NCBI GenBank assembly: GCA_045545295.1
Contig: JAZQAO010000036.1
Span: 139,029-203,028 of the forward strand
DNA length: 64,000 nt
Origin: Clostridia bacterium
GTDB taxonomy: Bacteria; Bacillota; Clostridia; UMGS1883
Direction: 5' to 3'
Part shown: positions 46,863 to 55,317 of the stretch, piece after piece
Position numbering within the stretch: the stretch's first letter is position 1
Layout of the letters: the number at the start of each line of letters is the position of its first letter
The notes under the pieces: model-generated
Databases searched by the model: none
The model's input: the letters and a program-made list of their open reading frames with translations, nothing else
What the model was told of the DNA's origin: nothing
Made by a program: the position numbers and the translations under genes

Positions 46863-47657
46863 GTGTACATAAAATATAATATAGAAAAGCTTGGAAGTAT
46901 TCTTAATGATTTATCTGTTCTGACAGGAATAAGCATTGCTTTCCTTGATTGTGAACTGAATCGTCTGTGCGGAAGTGTAAAGGAAAACGATTTTTGCGAA
47001 AAAATGCAGAAAAATGAAGAATTCCTGAAAAAATGTATATGTTCCGATAATGACATAATTGAAAAATGCAACAAAACAAAATGTTTTGAAAATCACATTT
47101 GCTATGCCGGATTGTACGATGCGTCTCTACCTGTAGTTGTAAACGGGGTTACAGTCGGTTTCATAATTATGGGCAGAGTGCGTACTGACTTATCTCCCAA
47201 AGAATGCTTCTTTACTGACAGCGAAGAATTGAGGAAACTTTACTGTGAGCTTCCGTATTTTTCCGATAGTCAGCTTCAGAGCCTTAAAACCCTGCTGCCA
47301 AGCATACTGTTTGCAGATGCAATAAATTTTGAACTTGATGAAATTTCAGAAAAAATGGCAGAATACATCGAAAGCAATCTGACGGAGGATTTGAGCATTA
47401 GCAATCTTTGTAAAAAGTTTTTTGTATCAAAAAATTTTCTGTACAAATGCTTTAAGGAGCGCTACTCAACAACGGTGAATGAATACATAACGTCAGTACG
47501 TCTTAAAGAAGCGAAAAAGCTTCTTTTGAAAACTAAAGACCCAATATTTCTCATATGCGAAAAAGCAGGAATTCCGAATTACACATATTTTTGCAAACTT
47601 TTTAAAAGAAGAGTAGGGATGAGTCCCGTTGAATTCAGGAGAAATCACTCAAAGTAA
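46863..47657 (+). CDS. AraC-family transcriptional regulator with an N-terminal PocR-like sensory domain
   Basis: The N-terminus LSVLTGISIAFLD...C..FC....C.SD is PocR-like. The C-terminus has two HTH units (LSISNLCKKFFVSKNFLYKCFK; ICEKAGIPNYTYFCKLFKRRVGMSPVEFR). Confidence 0.7.
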   Translation: MYIKYNIEKLGSILNDLSVLTGISIAFLDCELNRLCGSVKENDFCEKMQKNEEFLKKCICSDNDIIEKCNKTKCFENHICYAGLYDASLPVVVNGVTVGFIIMGRVRTDLSPKECFFTDSEELRKLYCELPYFSDSQLQSLKTLLPSILFADAINFELDEISEKMAEYIESNLTEDLSISNLCKKFFVSKNFLYKCFKERYSTTVNEYITSVRLKEAKKLLLKTKDPIFLICEKAGIPNYTYFCKLFKRRVGMSPVEFRRNHSK

Positions 47658-48577
47658 GATTTAAGAAATTCTGCCAAAGTACCGTCGTACTCAGCTTCGC
47701 ACATATAATAAAATCCAAGCTGATTTCCGCTAGCATAGTTGATATACACTTTACCGTTGTAGTCGCACATATCAATGTCGGAATTATTGATTATAAAACC
47801 GGTGGTTGTTATTTTTTCAATAAGTTCATCGTCAAGGTCAGCCGCTCTGGGAGAAATAAGACGGTCATTATTATCGGGCATCAGAATAGGATTGTAGTAG
47901 CCTACATACCAGTCTTCAAAATCTTTTGTACGGTAAATATAGTTTGTATAGTGCTGACACGGCAGCTCTGTTACAGAAATAACATAATACCACCCTTCGC
48001 TGTATTTCATCCAGGGACCGCCCATATAACGTTCCTTTGAAAATCCTTTGTCATAGTCCATAAATGTCCACTCTTTAAGGTTCGGAGAAGTAGCGAAAAA
48101 CAAGGTAAAGGGGAATTTTCCCACGTGTTCCTCGGGGTGGCTTGCCTCCATAAGAAGTACATAGCCGTCAGGACCTTTTGTAAGAGATGTGTTGTAATAC
48201 ACCCATCCCGGATTTGTAAATAGCGGTCTGTTTGACCATTTTATGAGGTCTGTGCTTTCATAGATGCGGATAGTGCCTCTGTTTTTCATATCTACCCCAA
48301 GAACGTAAGCGGTGCCGTCTTCAATGTAAGCAGAATGAAAATAGCTGTCCTCTGCAAGAGTAGATATTATTTTACCGCTTTCAACATCTCGGATTACTGC
48401 ATATCTCAAAATTGTCGGATCAGTCCCGTTAAGCGGGTCAAAAAGCTCCATACGCATAAGCTTGCCATTCCAGACAAAGGGTGTCATTTCTCCGTTCGGA
48501 CTACAAGCACCAAGCTTTTTGATTTCCGGAAATCGATTTTTCATTATGGTGTTTTTATCATAATTGAATTCAGCCAT
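47645..48577 (-). CDS. Hypothetical protein, possibly a five-bladed beta-propeller glycosidase-like fold
   Basis: The ATG at 48577 is 8 nt after AAGGAG. Repeated W/Y-rich beta-strand blocks (IRIYESTDLIKWSN, LFFATSPNLKEWTF, GWYYVISV). No family motif was recognised with certainty. The 3' end overlaps the convergent AraC gene by 13 nt. Confidence 0.3.
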   Translation of the reverse strand: MAEFNYDKNTIMKNRFPEIKKLGACSPNGEMTPFVWNGKLMRMELFDPLNGTDPTILRYAVIRDVESGKIISTLAEDSYFHSAYIEDGTAYVLGVDMKNRGTIRIYESTDLIKWSNRPLFTNPGWVYYNTSLTKGPDGYVLLMEASHPEEHVGKFPFTLFFATSPNLKEWTFMDYDKGFSKERYMGGPWMKYSEGWYYVISVTELPCQHYTNYIYRTKDFEDWYVGYYNPILMPDNNDRLISPRAADLDDELIEKITTTGFIINNSDIDMCDYNGKVYINYASGNQLGFYYMCEAEYDGTLAEFLKSYFE

Positions 48578-48589
48578 TCTATCCACTCC

Positions 48590-50137
48590 TTAAAATTTTA
48601 TTATTGCAAAACCTGCTGCCGGAATGACGGCAGTGTAAGTATTGTTGTTTTCTTTTTCAGGATTAATGCTACCGCACTCCTCTTTGATAACCTCAATGTT
48701 ACAAGCTTCTTTGAATGTAATTTTTACTGCTTTATTTGCCCGGGGATTAATTGTATCACCTTTTTCAAGACTTCGTTCGTTACCTTCGTTGTTGAAAATC
48801 GAAAGATAGCGATTACCGTTTTTGTCTGTCGATACAAGCCAACACAGTTCATCAACATAGCATGGCATAACTTCTTTTATAAGTTTGTTCAGGCTTTTTT
48901 CAAGTTCATATAAATCCGTGCTTTCCAGAATTCTGAAGCTTTCTCCTTTGGCTTTAAAAAAAGACGATTGAACCGTTGCATCTATGAGGTATTCGTACCT
49001 TGACAGAACTTCTTTGGGTGCATCTTCGTATATAATGTCAAAAACATCCGGGAATCTTGAGTTTGTGATAACGTGTCCCTCATTACCGACACTTTCAGTT
49101 TGTGAATAGATGAGTTTAAGAACGTCTTCTATGTGTCCATAGTGCTTTTTGCGGCTGTTATCAAGTATGCAGCGCATATATTCGTTTCGGTGATTGCCGA
49201 TTTTCCAGGGTGTGAACATATCCGGAATTTCAACACACGAATAATCTTTTGGCAGAACTATAGCGAAAGGAATGACGGCCTTCATATCTTTGAATTTAAG
49301 AGAATCGTTTATGAAATTCTTTTTGACAATGCCGTAATCGGAAAGGTCGAAGGTGTTCATATCGGAATAGCTGCAGTTAAGTCCCCACTCCTCGGAAAAA
49401 TAGTCAGCTCCCGACATAAGAGCATAGTAGTAGATTCTGTTTTGCAGCAGTCTGGAGCTTCCACCGTTTTTGCCGTATGAAGTAAAATCGTCGGGATGCG
49501 AGTCCTGAGTAAGATACCACTCGTTTGACGGATCCTGATTAAAGCAGGGCATCGTATAGATGTATTTGCCGTTTTCGCGGATTTCACGCCAGCATTCATA
49601 GTATACACCCCAGGTTTTATTGCTTGCTTTTGCAATGCCTCTTGCAAGTGAAACCTCAATCCGCATAAGGGTTATCTGACAGCCGACTTCAGGCATAAAA
49701 GAATTCATCCCAAGCTCGTCCTGAATTTTTGTCATAAGATAATAACTGTCACATGGAAGAATATGCTTTTCTGTTTCAGCCATTCTGCGAAGGTATAAAT
49801 CTTTTATTTCGGCAAAATATTCATCGGGAGTTAGGGCATAATGCATTTTAGAATACATTTGCGGAGTATCCTGTGAAAAAGCAGAAAGAACAGTGCCATC
49901 AGGCATTTTTGCAAATTTCCGCAAGGTTCTGTTGTAAAGAGTTTTTTCATCATACGGGCCGCAATCGCCATTCATAACTCGCAGAATTGTTTGCCAATCA
50001 GAATTTCGGCGGTTTGAAGCACTTTCGTGAAGTTGAAATCCCAGAAAGTTGTCGCCCAAAACAGTGCAGTATTCCTTTATAAGTGATTTGTCGAAGTCGT
50101 ACTTATGATAGGTTATTCCGCCTGCAATACGATCCAC
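48590..50137 (-). CDS. Hypothetical protein (unassigned); true 5' end unresolved and probably upstream (up to ~50354)
   Basis: The track ORF starts at a GTG with no RBS. The same frame stays open for 65 more protein-like codons (to 50332) without ATG, GTG or TTG. Confidence 0.4.
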   Translation of the reverse strand: MDRIAGGITYHKYDFDKSLIKEYCTVLGDNFLGFQLHESASNRRNSDWQTILRVMNGDCGPYDEKTLYNRTLRKFAKMPDGTVLSAFSQDTPQMYSKMHYALTPDEYFAEIKDLYLRRMAETEKHILPCDSYYLMTKIQDELGMNSFMPEVGCQITLMRIEVSLARGIAKASNKTWGVYYECWREIRENGKYIYTMPCFNQDPSNEWYLTQDSHPDDFTSYGKNGGSSRLLQNRIYYYALMSGADYFSEEWGLNCSYSDMNTFDLSDYGIVKKNFINDSLKFKDMKAVIPFAIVLPKDYSCVEIPDMFTPWKIGNHRNEYMRCILDNSRKKHYGHIEDVLKLIYSQTESVGNEGHVITNSRFPDVFDIIYEDAPKEVLSRYEYLIDATVQSSFFKAKGESFRILESTDLYELEKSLNKLIKEVMPCYVDELCWLVSTDKNGNRYLSIFNNEGNERSLEKGDTINPRANKAVKITFKEACNIEVIKEECGSINPEKENNNTYTAVIPAAGFAIIKF

Positions 50138-50360
50138 ATAAAAGGGAAAATTTTCGCTCTTTATAAGATTATACAGCTTACTGTTCTTTGAGGCATATTT
50201 ATTAAACTTTCTTTCTTCCGGTACAGCAAAGCAATGCTGAATTTTAAACCCGCTTTCACTGTTGATAAGCCCGTTTTTCTCAAGTCCTTTAATACAGTCT
50301 TCGTTATATACATGAAAAAATTTGATAAAAAATCACTTCCTGAACGGTATTCATAAAAGT

Positions 50361-50389
50361 AATATACTATGATGCTTTGCGAAGTGCAA
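50361..50389 (-). promoter_or_regulatory. Candidate promoter for the minus-strand genes 50.3->47.6 kb
   Basis: Minus strand TTGCAC (50389-50384), 17 nt, TATATT (50366-50361). Confidence 0.45.
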
Positions 50390-50415
50390 TATATTATTTT
50401 CACAAAATATTGCAC
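50384..50415. promoter_or_regulatory. Perfect 9-bp inverted repeat GTGCAATAT-N14-ATATTGCAC (candidate operator)
   Basis: Read directly at 50384-50392 and 50407-50415. The left arm overlaps the predicted -35 of the minus-strand promoter. Confidence 0.45.
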
Positions 50416-50473
50416 TATTTTCCCTTAAGGTAAAAAAGTGCATAAAAACGAAAATGTTTCGGTGTTGAAAATA

Positions 50474-50502
50474 TTGAAATGAATAGAAAAATGCAGTATA
50501 AT
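50474..50502 (+). promoter_or_regulatory. Candidate sigma-A promoter of the FucI-like gene
   Basis: TTGAAA (50474-79), 17 nt, TATAAT (50497-502). Confidence 0.6.
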
Positions 50503-50533
50503 AAATTTATATTATTCTGAAAGGATGATTTTT

Positions 50534-51886
50534 ATGGCAAAAACAGCATTTGTGGGATTTGGTGAAGTCAATACTCCCATAGATATTATCATTAAAAAGT
50601 GCAGCGATGCAGCGGCAGCACTTGAGAAAGAGGGACTTGACCTTATAAAGGTGTTCCCCGTAACAGACGATTACGAGGAAAAGGATGTAAACAAGGCGAT
50701 AGAAGCACTTAAGGGACAGGATTTCGACAGCCTTGTAGTTTGTATTGCAGGCTGGATTCCTACACACGCAGTTGTTAAGGTTACAGAGCATTTTCGTGAA
50801 AAGCCTATGGTTCTCTGGGGACTTTGCGGATGGATAGAGAATGACGGCAGAATTGTTACAACAGCAGACCAGGCAGGGACAACTGCAATCAGAAAGACAT
50901 TCTATGACCTCGGATATACATTCCGCTACATATACGATATTATCGGATTACCCTCAAACACAAAGAAAGTAGCTTCATTCTGTAAAGCGGCAGAGGCAGC
51001 TAAAAAGCTTCGTCACGCAAAGGCAGGTATGGCAGGCTACCGTGATATGAACCTTTACGGCACACAGGCTGACGGCCCCTCTCTTAAGAGAGTTGTGGGA
51101 AGCGAAATTGAAACATTTGAAATGCTTGAAATGGAACAGAGATATCAGCGCATTACTGATGCCGAGAAGCAGGAAGTAATTGACAAAGCTATCTCAAAGT
51201 GGCATTTTCTTAAGGAAGCAAAACCGGAAGGCCTTCAGAAAGCTGCAGGCTACTACCTTGCGGTTAAGGCAATCTGCGACGAAAGAGGTTATGATGCAAT
51301 TTCTCTTAAGGACGTTGACGGTATGAAAAAGCTTCTCGGATTCCCGCCTGCACCTATTTTTATGCTTCTTTCTGATGAGGCAAAGCTTTGTACAATCCCT
51401 GAAAATGACTGTCTTGGTAACATTACGCAGCTTATGGTTAAATACCTCACAGGTCAGTGTGCGGCATACCTTGAATTCTATGAATTCTTTACAGACAGTG
51501 TACTTGCAGGTGTTCCCGACTATGTTCCCGCTGAAATCGTAGACGGTGATGTTACAGTTATGCCTGCGGCATTCGGGGAACTTTCAGAGGGTATTCTTAA
51601 CGTAAGCAAGGTTAAGACGGGCGAGCTTACAATGTGTCGCCTTACATGCATTGACGGAGAATATTATATGCACCTTGTAAAGGGTAACGGTGTAACTCCT
51701 CCCAAGTGGGAAGAAGCAGGCTGGACACAGCCTGCACCTCAGCTTCCCGGTCTTAAGATTGAACTCGATGACGTTCCCGCATTCGCAGAAAATGTAATGT
51801 GTCAGCACTATATTATTTCTTATGGCGATAATACAGAGCTTATTGAAAATCTCTGTTATATACTCGGAATTGAAGTTATAAAATAA
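50534..51886 (+). CDS. L-fucose isomerase-like sugar isomerase family protein
   Basis: The ATG at 50534 is 9 nt after GAAAGGA. The N-terminus AFVGFGEVNTP, the ~450 aa size and AYLEFYEF / MCQHYIISYGD resemble FucI/AraA-like isomerases (COG2407 type). Confidence 0.5.
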   Translation: MAKTAFVGFGEVNTPIDIIIKKCSDAAAALEKEGLDLIKVFPVTDDYEEKDVNKAIEALKGQDFDSLVVCIAGWIPTHAVVKVTEHFREKPMVLWGLCGWIENDGRIVTTADQAGTTAIRKTFYDLGYTFRYIYDIIGLPSNTKKVASFCKAAEAAKKLRHAKAGMAGYRDMNLYGTQADGPSLKRVVGSEIETFEMLEMEQRYQRITDAEKQEVIDKAISKWHFLKEAKPEGLQKAAGYYLAVKAICDERGYDAISLKDVDGMKKLLGFPPAPIFMLLSDEAKLCTIPENDCLGNITQLMVKYLTGQCAAYLEFYEFFTDSVLAGVPDYVPAEIVDGDVTVMPAAFGELSEGILNVSKVKTGELTMCRLTCIDGEYYMHLVKGNGVTPPKWEEAGWTQPAPQLPGLKIELDDVPAFAENVMCQHYIISYGDNTELIENLCYILGIEVIK

Positions 51887-51889
51887 TGC

Positions 51890-51930
51890 GGGATGTTAAA
51901 AATGCCCAGAGCACAAAAGGACGATTTGTT
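51890..51930 (+). repeat. A-motif, copy 2
   Basis: GGGATGTTAAAAATGCCCAGAGCACAAAAGGACGATTTGTT, starting 4 nt after the stop of 50534..51886. Confidence 0.5.
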
Positions 51931-51990
51931 AAATGCGGAATTCGGAGTGCGAAGTTCGAAGTGAAGGAAATTTTTGCTGAAGCAAAAATA
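51931..51990 (+). repeat. C-family repeat, partial copy (C4)
   Basis: AAATGCGGAATTCGGAGTGCGAAGTTCGAAGTGAAGGAAATTTTTGCTGAAGCAAAAATA is the reverse complement of the right half of the C copies at 55.2, 57.0 and 59.2 kb. Confidence 0.6.
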
Positions 51991-52016
51991 TTTGTTTAAT
52001 AGAAAGGAAAATTAAA

Positions 52017-53507
52017 ATGAGTTTATTAATCGGTTGGGCGGAAGAAAGCCTTGTACCTTCAAAAAAGGTTGACCTTGCAGGTCAGTTCTTTGAAAGAATT
52101 TCAGAATATGTTGAATCTGAAATCAGCGTAACTGCTATGGCTGTTGAATCAAACGGCGACCAGATGATTATTGCATCGGTGGATATTGTAAGTATGCCCC
52201 TTAACCTTATTAATATCGCCCGTGAAAAGTTCAGTAAAATCTGTCCCGGTGTTGACCCCCGTAAGCTTATTGTAGGTGCAACACATACACATACGTCATT
52301 ACGTGTTTCAGACCCCGGTGCAGGCACTGCAGGTTTTTCAAGTGCGGTATCGGTGCTTAAAGAATTTTTGCCCGAGGGTAAAGATTATAAAAAGCTTGTT
52401 GAACGAGATGACACAGTTCTCACAATTGAAGAGGGTAATGAGCTTGTAACAGATAAAATTGCCCTTGCCGCAAAAAATGCGTGGGAGAACCGCAAAGAAG
52501 CACTTTATACAAACGAATTCGGAAGAGCGGCAGTCGGTATGTGCCGCAGAGTAAGTTTCCTTGACGGTAGCGCTGAAATGTGGGGCGATACAAGAAGAGG
52601 CGATTTTGTAGCACTTGAGGGTGGAAACGACTCCGGTATTGAGCTTATATATACATTTGATAAGAATAAGAAGCTTACAGGCGTTGTTGCAAATATTGCC
52701 TGCCCTGCACAGATTCTTGAACAGAGAAGCTTTATTTCCGCAGACTACTGGGGAAGAGCAAAGGCAATTATTCGTGAAAAGCTTGGAAGCGATGTGTTTC
52801 TTCTCGGTCTTTGTGGTGCGGGCGGTGACCAGTGTCCCCGTGATCTTGTAAGATGGGTTGATCCCGAAACACCCATTGACGATCCAAATGTGAAACGTCC
52901 CAATCCCGTTAATCGCAAGGCGGATCCTTCGATGTATGACGTCAGTGGATGTAACAAAGCAGGAAAGAGAATTGCCAACGAAATTATTTCTGTGTTTGAA
53001 GAAATCACAGAACTTAAAGGAGAAGCAGTTCTTGAGCATAGAGTAATCGACCTTGACCTTCCGCTTCGAAAGGCGACAAAAGGAGATTACGATAAAGCTG
53101 TAAGAGAGATTGAATACTACATAGAAAAGAATAAGGATAAAGAAAAGTTCGACTTTGAGGATAATGCAAAGATGCACATTTACTCGGGCACTATTGCACG
53201 TTACCGCCGTCAGCAGATGCAGGAAATTTATCCTATTGAAACACATATTGTACGTTTTGGTGACATAGCATTTTCAACAAATCCCTTTGAACTTTTCCTT
53301 GACTTTGGTAACTACATAAAGGCAAGAAGCAATGCAAGTCAGACCTTTATCATTCAGCTTTGCTGTGGCAGTGGCGGATACCTTCCCACCGAAAAGGCAG
53401 AAAAGGGCAGTCACTACAGTGCATATATTTCAAGCGGTAATGTAGGACACGAGGGCGGCGACCTTTTTGCAAGAAAGACAGTAAAAGAAATTAACGATAT
53501 GTTTTAA
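52017..53507 (+). CDS. Neutral/alkaline ceramidase-like protein (paralog 2 of 3)
   Basis: IGWAEESLVP, ISVTAMAVES, VGATHTHTS and FSTNPFELFLDFG. Colinear with 53576..55105 (IGWSRKDVS, MNATHTHCGP, FATNQFELYMDY). Confidence 0.55.
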   Translation: MSLLIGWAEESLVPSKKVDLAGQFFERISEYVESEISVTAMAVESNGDQMIIASVDIVSMPLNLINIAREKFSKICPGVDPRKLIVGATHTHTSLRVSDPGAGTAGFSSAVSVLKEFLPEGKDYKKLVERDDTVLTIEEGNELVTDKIALAAKNAWENRKEALYTNEFGRAAVGMCRRVSFLDGSAEMWGDTRRGDFVALEGGNDSGIELIYTFDKNKKLTGVVANIACPAQILEQRSFISADYWGRAKAIIREKLGSDVFLLGLCGAGGDQCPRDLVRWVDPETPIDDPNVKRPNPVNRKADPSMYDVSGCNKAGKRIANEIISVFEEITELKGEAVLEHRVIDLDLPLRKATKGDYDKAVREIEYYIEKNKDKEKFDFEDNAKMHIYSGTIARYRRQQMQEIYPIETHIVRFGDIAFSTNPFELFLDFGNYIKARSNASQTFIIQLCCGSGGYLPTEKAEKGSHYSAYISSGNVGHEGGDLFARKTVKEINDMF

Positions 53508-53524
53508 AACGGAATGTTAAAAAC

Positions 53525-53564
53525 AAAAAAACTGCGATGTGGATTTCCACATCGCAGTTTTTTT
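53525..53564. terminator. Bidirectional Rho-independent terminator between convergent genes
   Basis: AAAAAAACTGCGATGTGG-ATTT-CCACATCGCAGTTTTTTT: an 18-bp perfect palindrome arm with an A-tract on one side and a T-tract on the other. Confidence 0.85.
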
Positions 53565-53575
53565 GTTTTTAAATA

Positions 53576-55105
53576 TTATTCATATAATTTGTTTAATTCT
53601 TCAAGCGTCGCCTCAACTAATTCCTGACCACCTTCGGGTGAAACAAGGTTGCAGTACATAGATGCACTGTAGCCGTTACCTGCTGCGGCACGCTCTGTTG
53701 CAAGGTAGCTGCCTGCTGCTCTTCCTTCAGGCTGACCGCAAAGCTGAACTATAAAGGTCTGCTCAAAGGGTGAACGTCCCTGAATTCTGTGCTGATAGTC
53801 CATATAAAGCTCAAACTGGTTTGTTGCAAAGGCAATGTTGCCAAGTTTTATAACGTGCATTTCCATAGGAAGCTTCGGGTTTTTTTTCTGCTCTTCGTAG
53901 CGTTTCATAGCTCTGGCGTATCTTCCGCCGGAGGACATAATAACGCTGTTCTGATACATTCTTTCAAGAGGTTCTCCGTCCGTTACGAAAGGCTTTTTAA
54001 CAACGTTCTTTTCGTTTTCTTCTACACAGAACTGATATTCTTCGTCTGTAATAAGCCTTTTTGAAAGCTCAACTGTTTTAATGGTGTGTGCCACGGGAAG
54101 GTCGTTAAACTTTTCTTTCTGTGTCCAACCATAAACCTCGTCAAAGGCATCAGCAATTCTTTCACCTATATCAAGGCGGCGGTATCGTTCATAAGTTTCG
54201 CTTACGATTTCAGGCATTTTGTAGTCTGCGTATTTAAGGCGGAAGCGTCTTTCCTCTGCCTTTGAATAGTGAAGAATTCTCGGTGAAAGGTCACCTGCAG
54301 CGGCACACTGTGAAAGGATATAGATGTCACCATACCGCTTTGAAATCTGTTCACGGACATCTGCCCAGAAATCTGCTGTAAGGCAGTTATCCATTTCGGA
54401 ATTCTGCGAGGGACAGGGCACATTTATAATTGCACCTGTAAGCTTTTCATCCTTATCAAAAGTGAAGAGGAAGTTTGCAAAGGGGTCTGTACCTGCCTCA
54501 TAATGGCTGAACATTCTATCTTTTGTACTGCCGTACATCTGTGCGTGACCGCCTACAAACTGTGCAGAGTTAAAGTGTGCGTTTTCGGGACGCTTTGAAA
54601 GGTCATCAAAATACACAACTCGTCTTGAATGTGCAACAGTTGCAAAACCGTAACCGTAGGAAACGTAGCCTTCTTTTCTTTCTGTGAAGGACTCTACGAT
54701 TCCTTCTGCGGTAGTTTCGATAAACCACTTTCTGTATTCGCCGTTTGATTTTATTTCAACACCCTCGTGAGGAACTTCTGAAATGGGCTTTCCTGCCCAT
54801 ACCTTGTCTTCTTCAAAAAGGCAGGGTCCGCAGTGGGTGTGGGTAGCATTCATTATAATTTTAGTTGTATCAATTTCGGGATTAAGCTCGCTTACTCTTG
54901 CACGTACAAGGTCGAGGATACCTGCATTGATGCTTACTGTATCAACCTGTACAAAAATAACATAGTCACCGTTGTTTTCAAGTGTAAGAATATTTACAAG
55001 GATAGGGTCAAGAACACCCTGTGAAACTCTTAACTTGAACTGACCTGTGATTGGGAGAGGTTCATTCGTGGAAACATCTTTTCTTGACCAACCAATTTTT
55101 AACAT
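53576..55105 (-). CDS. Neutral/alkaline ceramidase-like protein (paralog 3 of 3)
   Basis: The ATG at 55105 is 9 nt after AAGGAG; the track start is the TTG at 55114. See the motifs listed for 52017..53507. Confidence 0.55.
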   Translation of the reverse strand: MLKIGWSRKDVSTNEPLPITGQFKLRVSQGVLDPILVNILTLENNGDYVIFVQVDTVSINAGILDLVRARVSELNPEIDTTKIIMNATHTHCGPCLFEEDKVWAGKPISEVPHEGVEIKSNGEYRKWFIETTAEGIVESFTERKEGYVSYGYGFATVAHSRRVVYFDDLSKRPENAHFNSAQFVGGHAQMYGSTKDRMFSHYEAGTDPFANFLFTFDKDEKLTGAIINVPCPSQNSEMDNCLTADFWADVREQISKRYGDIYILSQCAAAGDLSPRILHYSKAEERRFRLKYADYKMPEIVSETYERYRRLDIGERIADAFDEVYGWTQKEKFNDLPVAHTIKTVELSKRLITDEEYQFCVEENEKNVVKKPFVTDGEPLERMYQNSVIMSSGGRYARAMKRYEEQKKNPKLPMEMHVIKLGNIAFATNQFELYMDYQHRIQGRSPFEQTFIVQLCGQPEGRAAGSYLATERAAAGNGYSASMYCNLVSPEGGQELVEATLEELNKLYE

Positions 55106-55153
55106 AATAGACAACTCCTTATATTTTAGTTTTAAATTTAATGTGTTTGTAAA

Positions 55154-55290
55154 GTTCGAAATGTAAAATTCGAAATGATGGTCGGTTTTCCCTTGTGTGA
55201 AAACCTTTTATCCTTATAACTGGAAACAAGGATTTTTGACTTGTCAAAAATCTTCATTCACTTCGAACTTCGCATTTCGCACTTCGAACT
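55154..55290 (-). repeat. C-family intercistronic hairpin repeat (C1)
   Basis: GTTCGAAATGTAAAATTCGAAATGATGG...GGTTTTC-N8-GAAAACC...GATTTTTGAC-TT-GTCAAAAATC...CACTTCGAACTTCGCATTTCGCACTTCGAACT. The termini are imperfect inverted repeats. Confidence 0.7.
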
Positions 55291-55317
55291 AAATTGATTT
55301 TTAATTTTTCAATCTGT

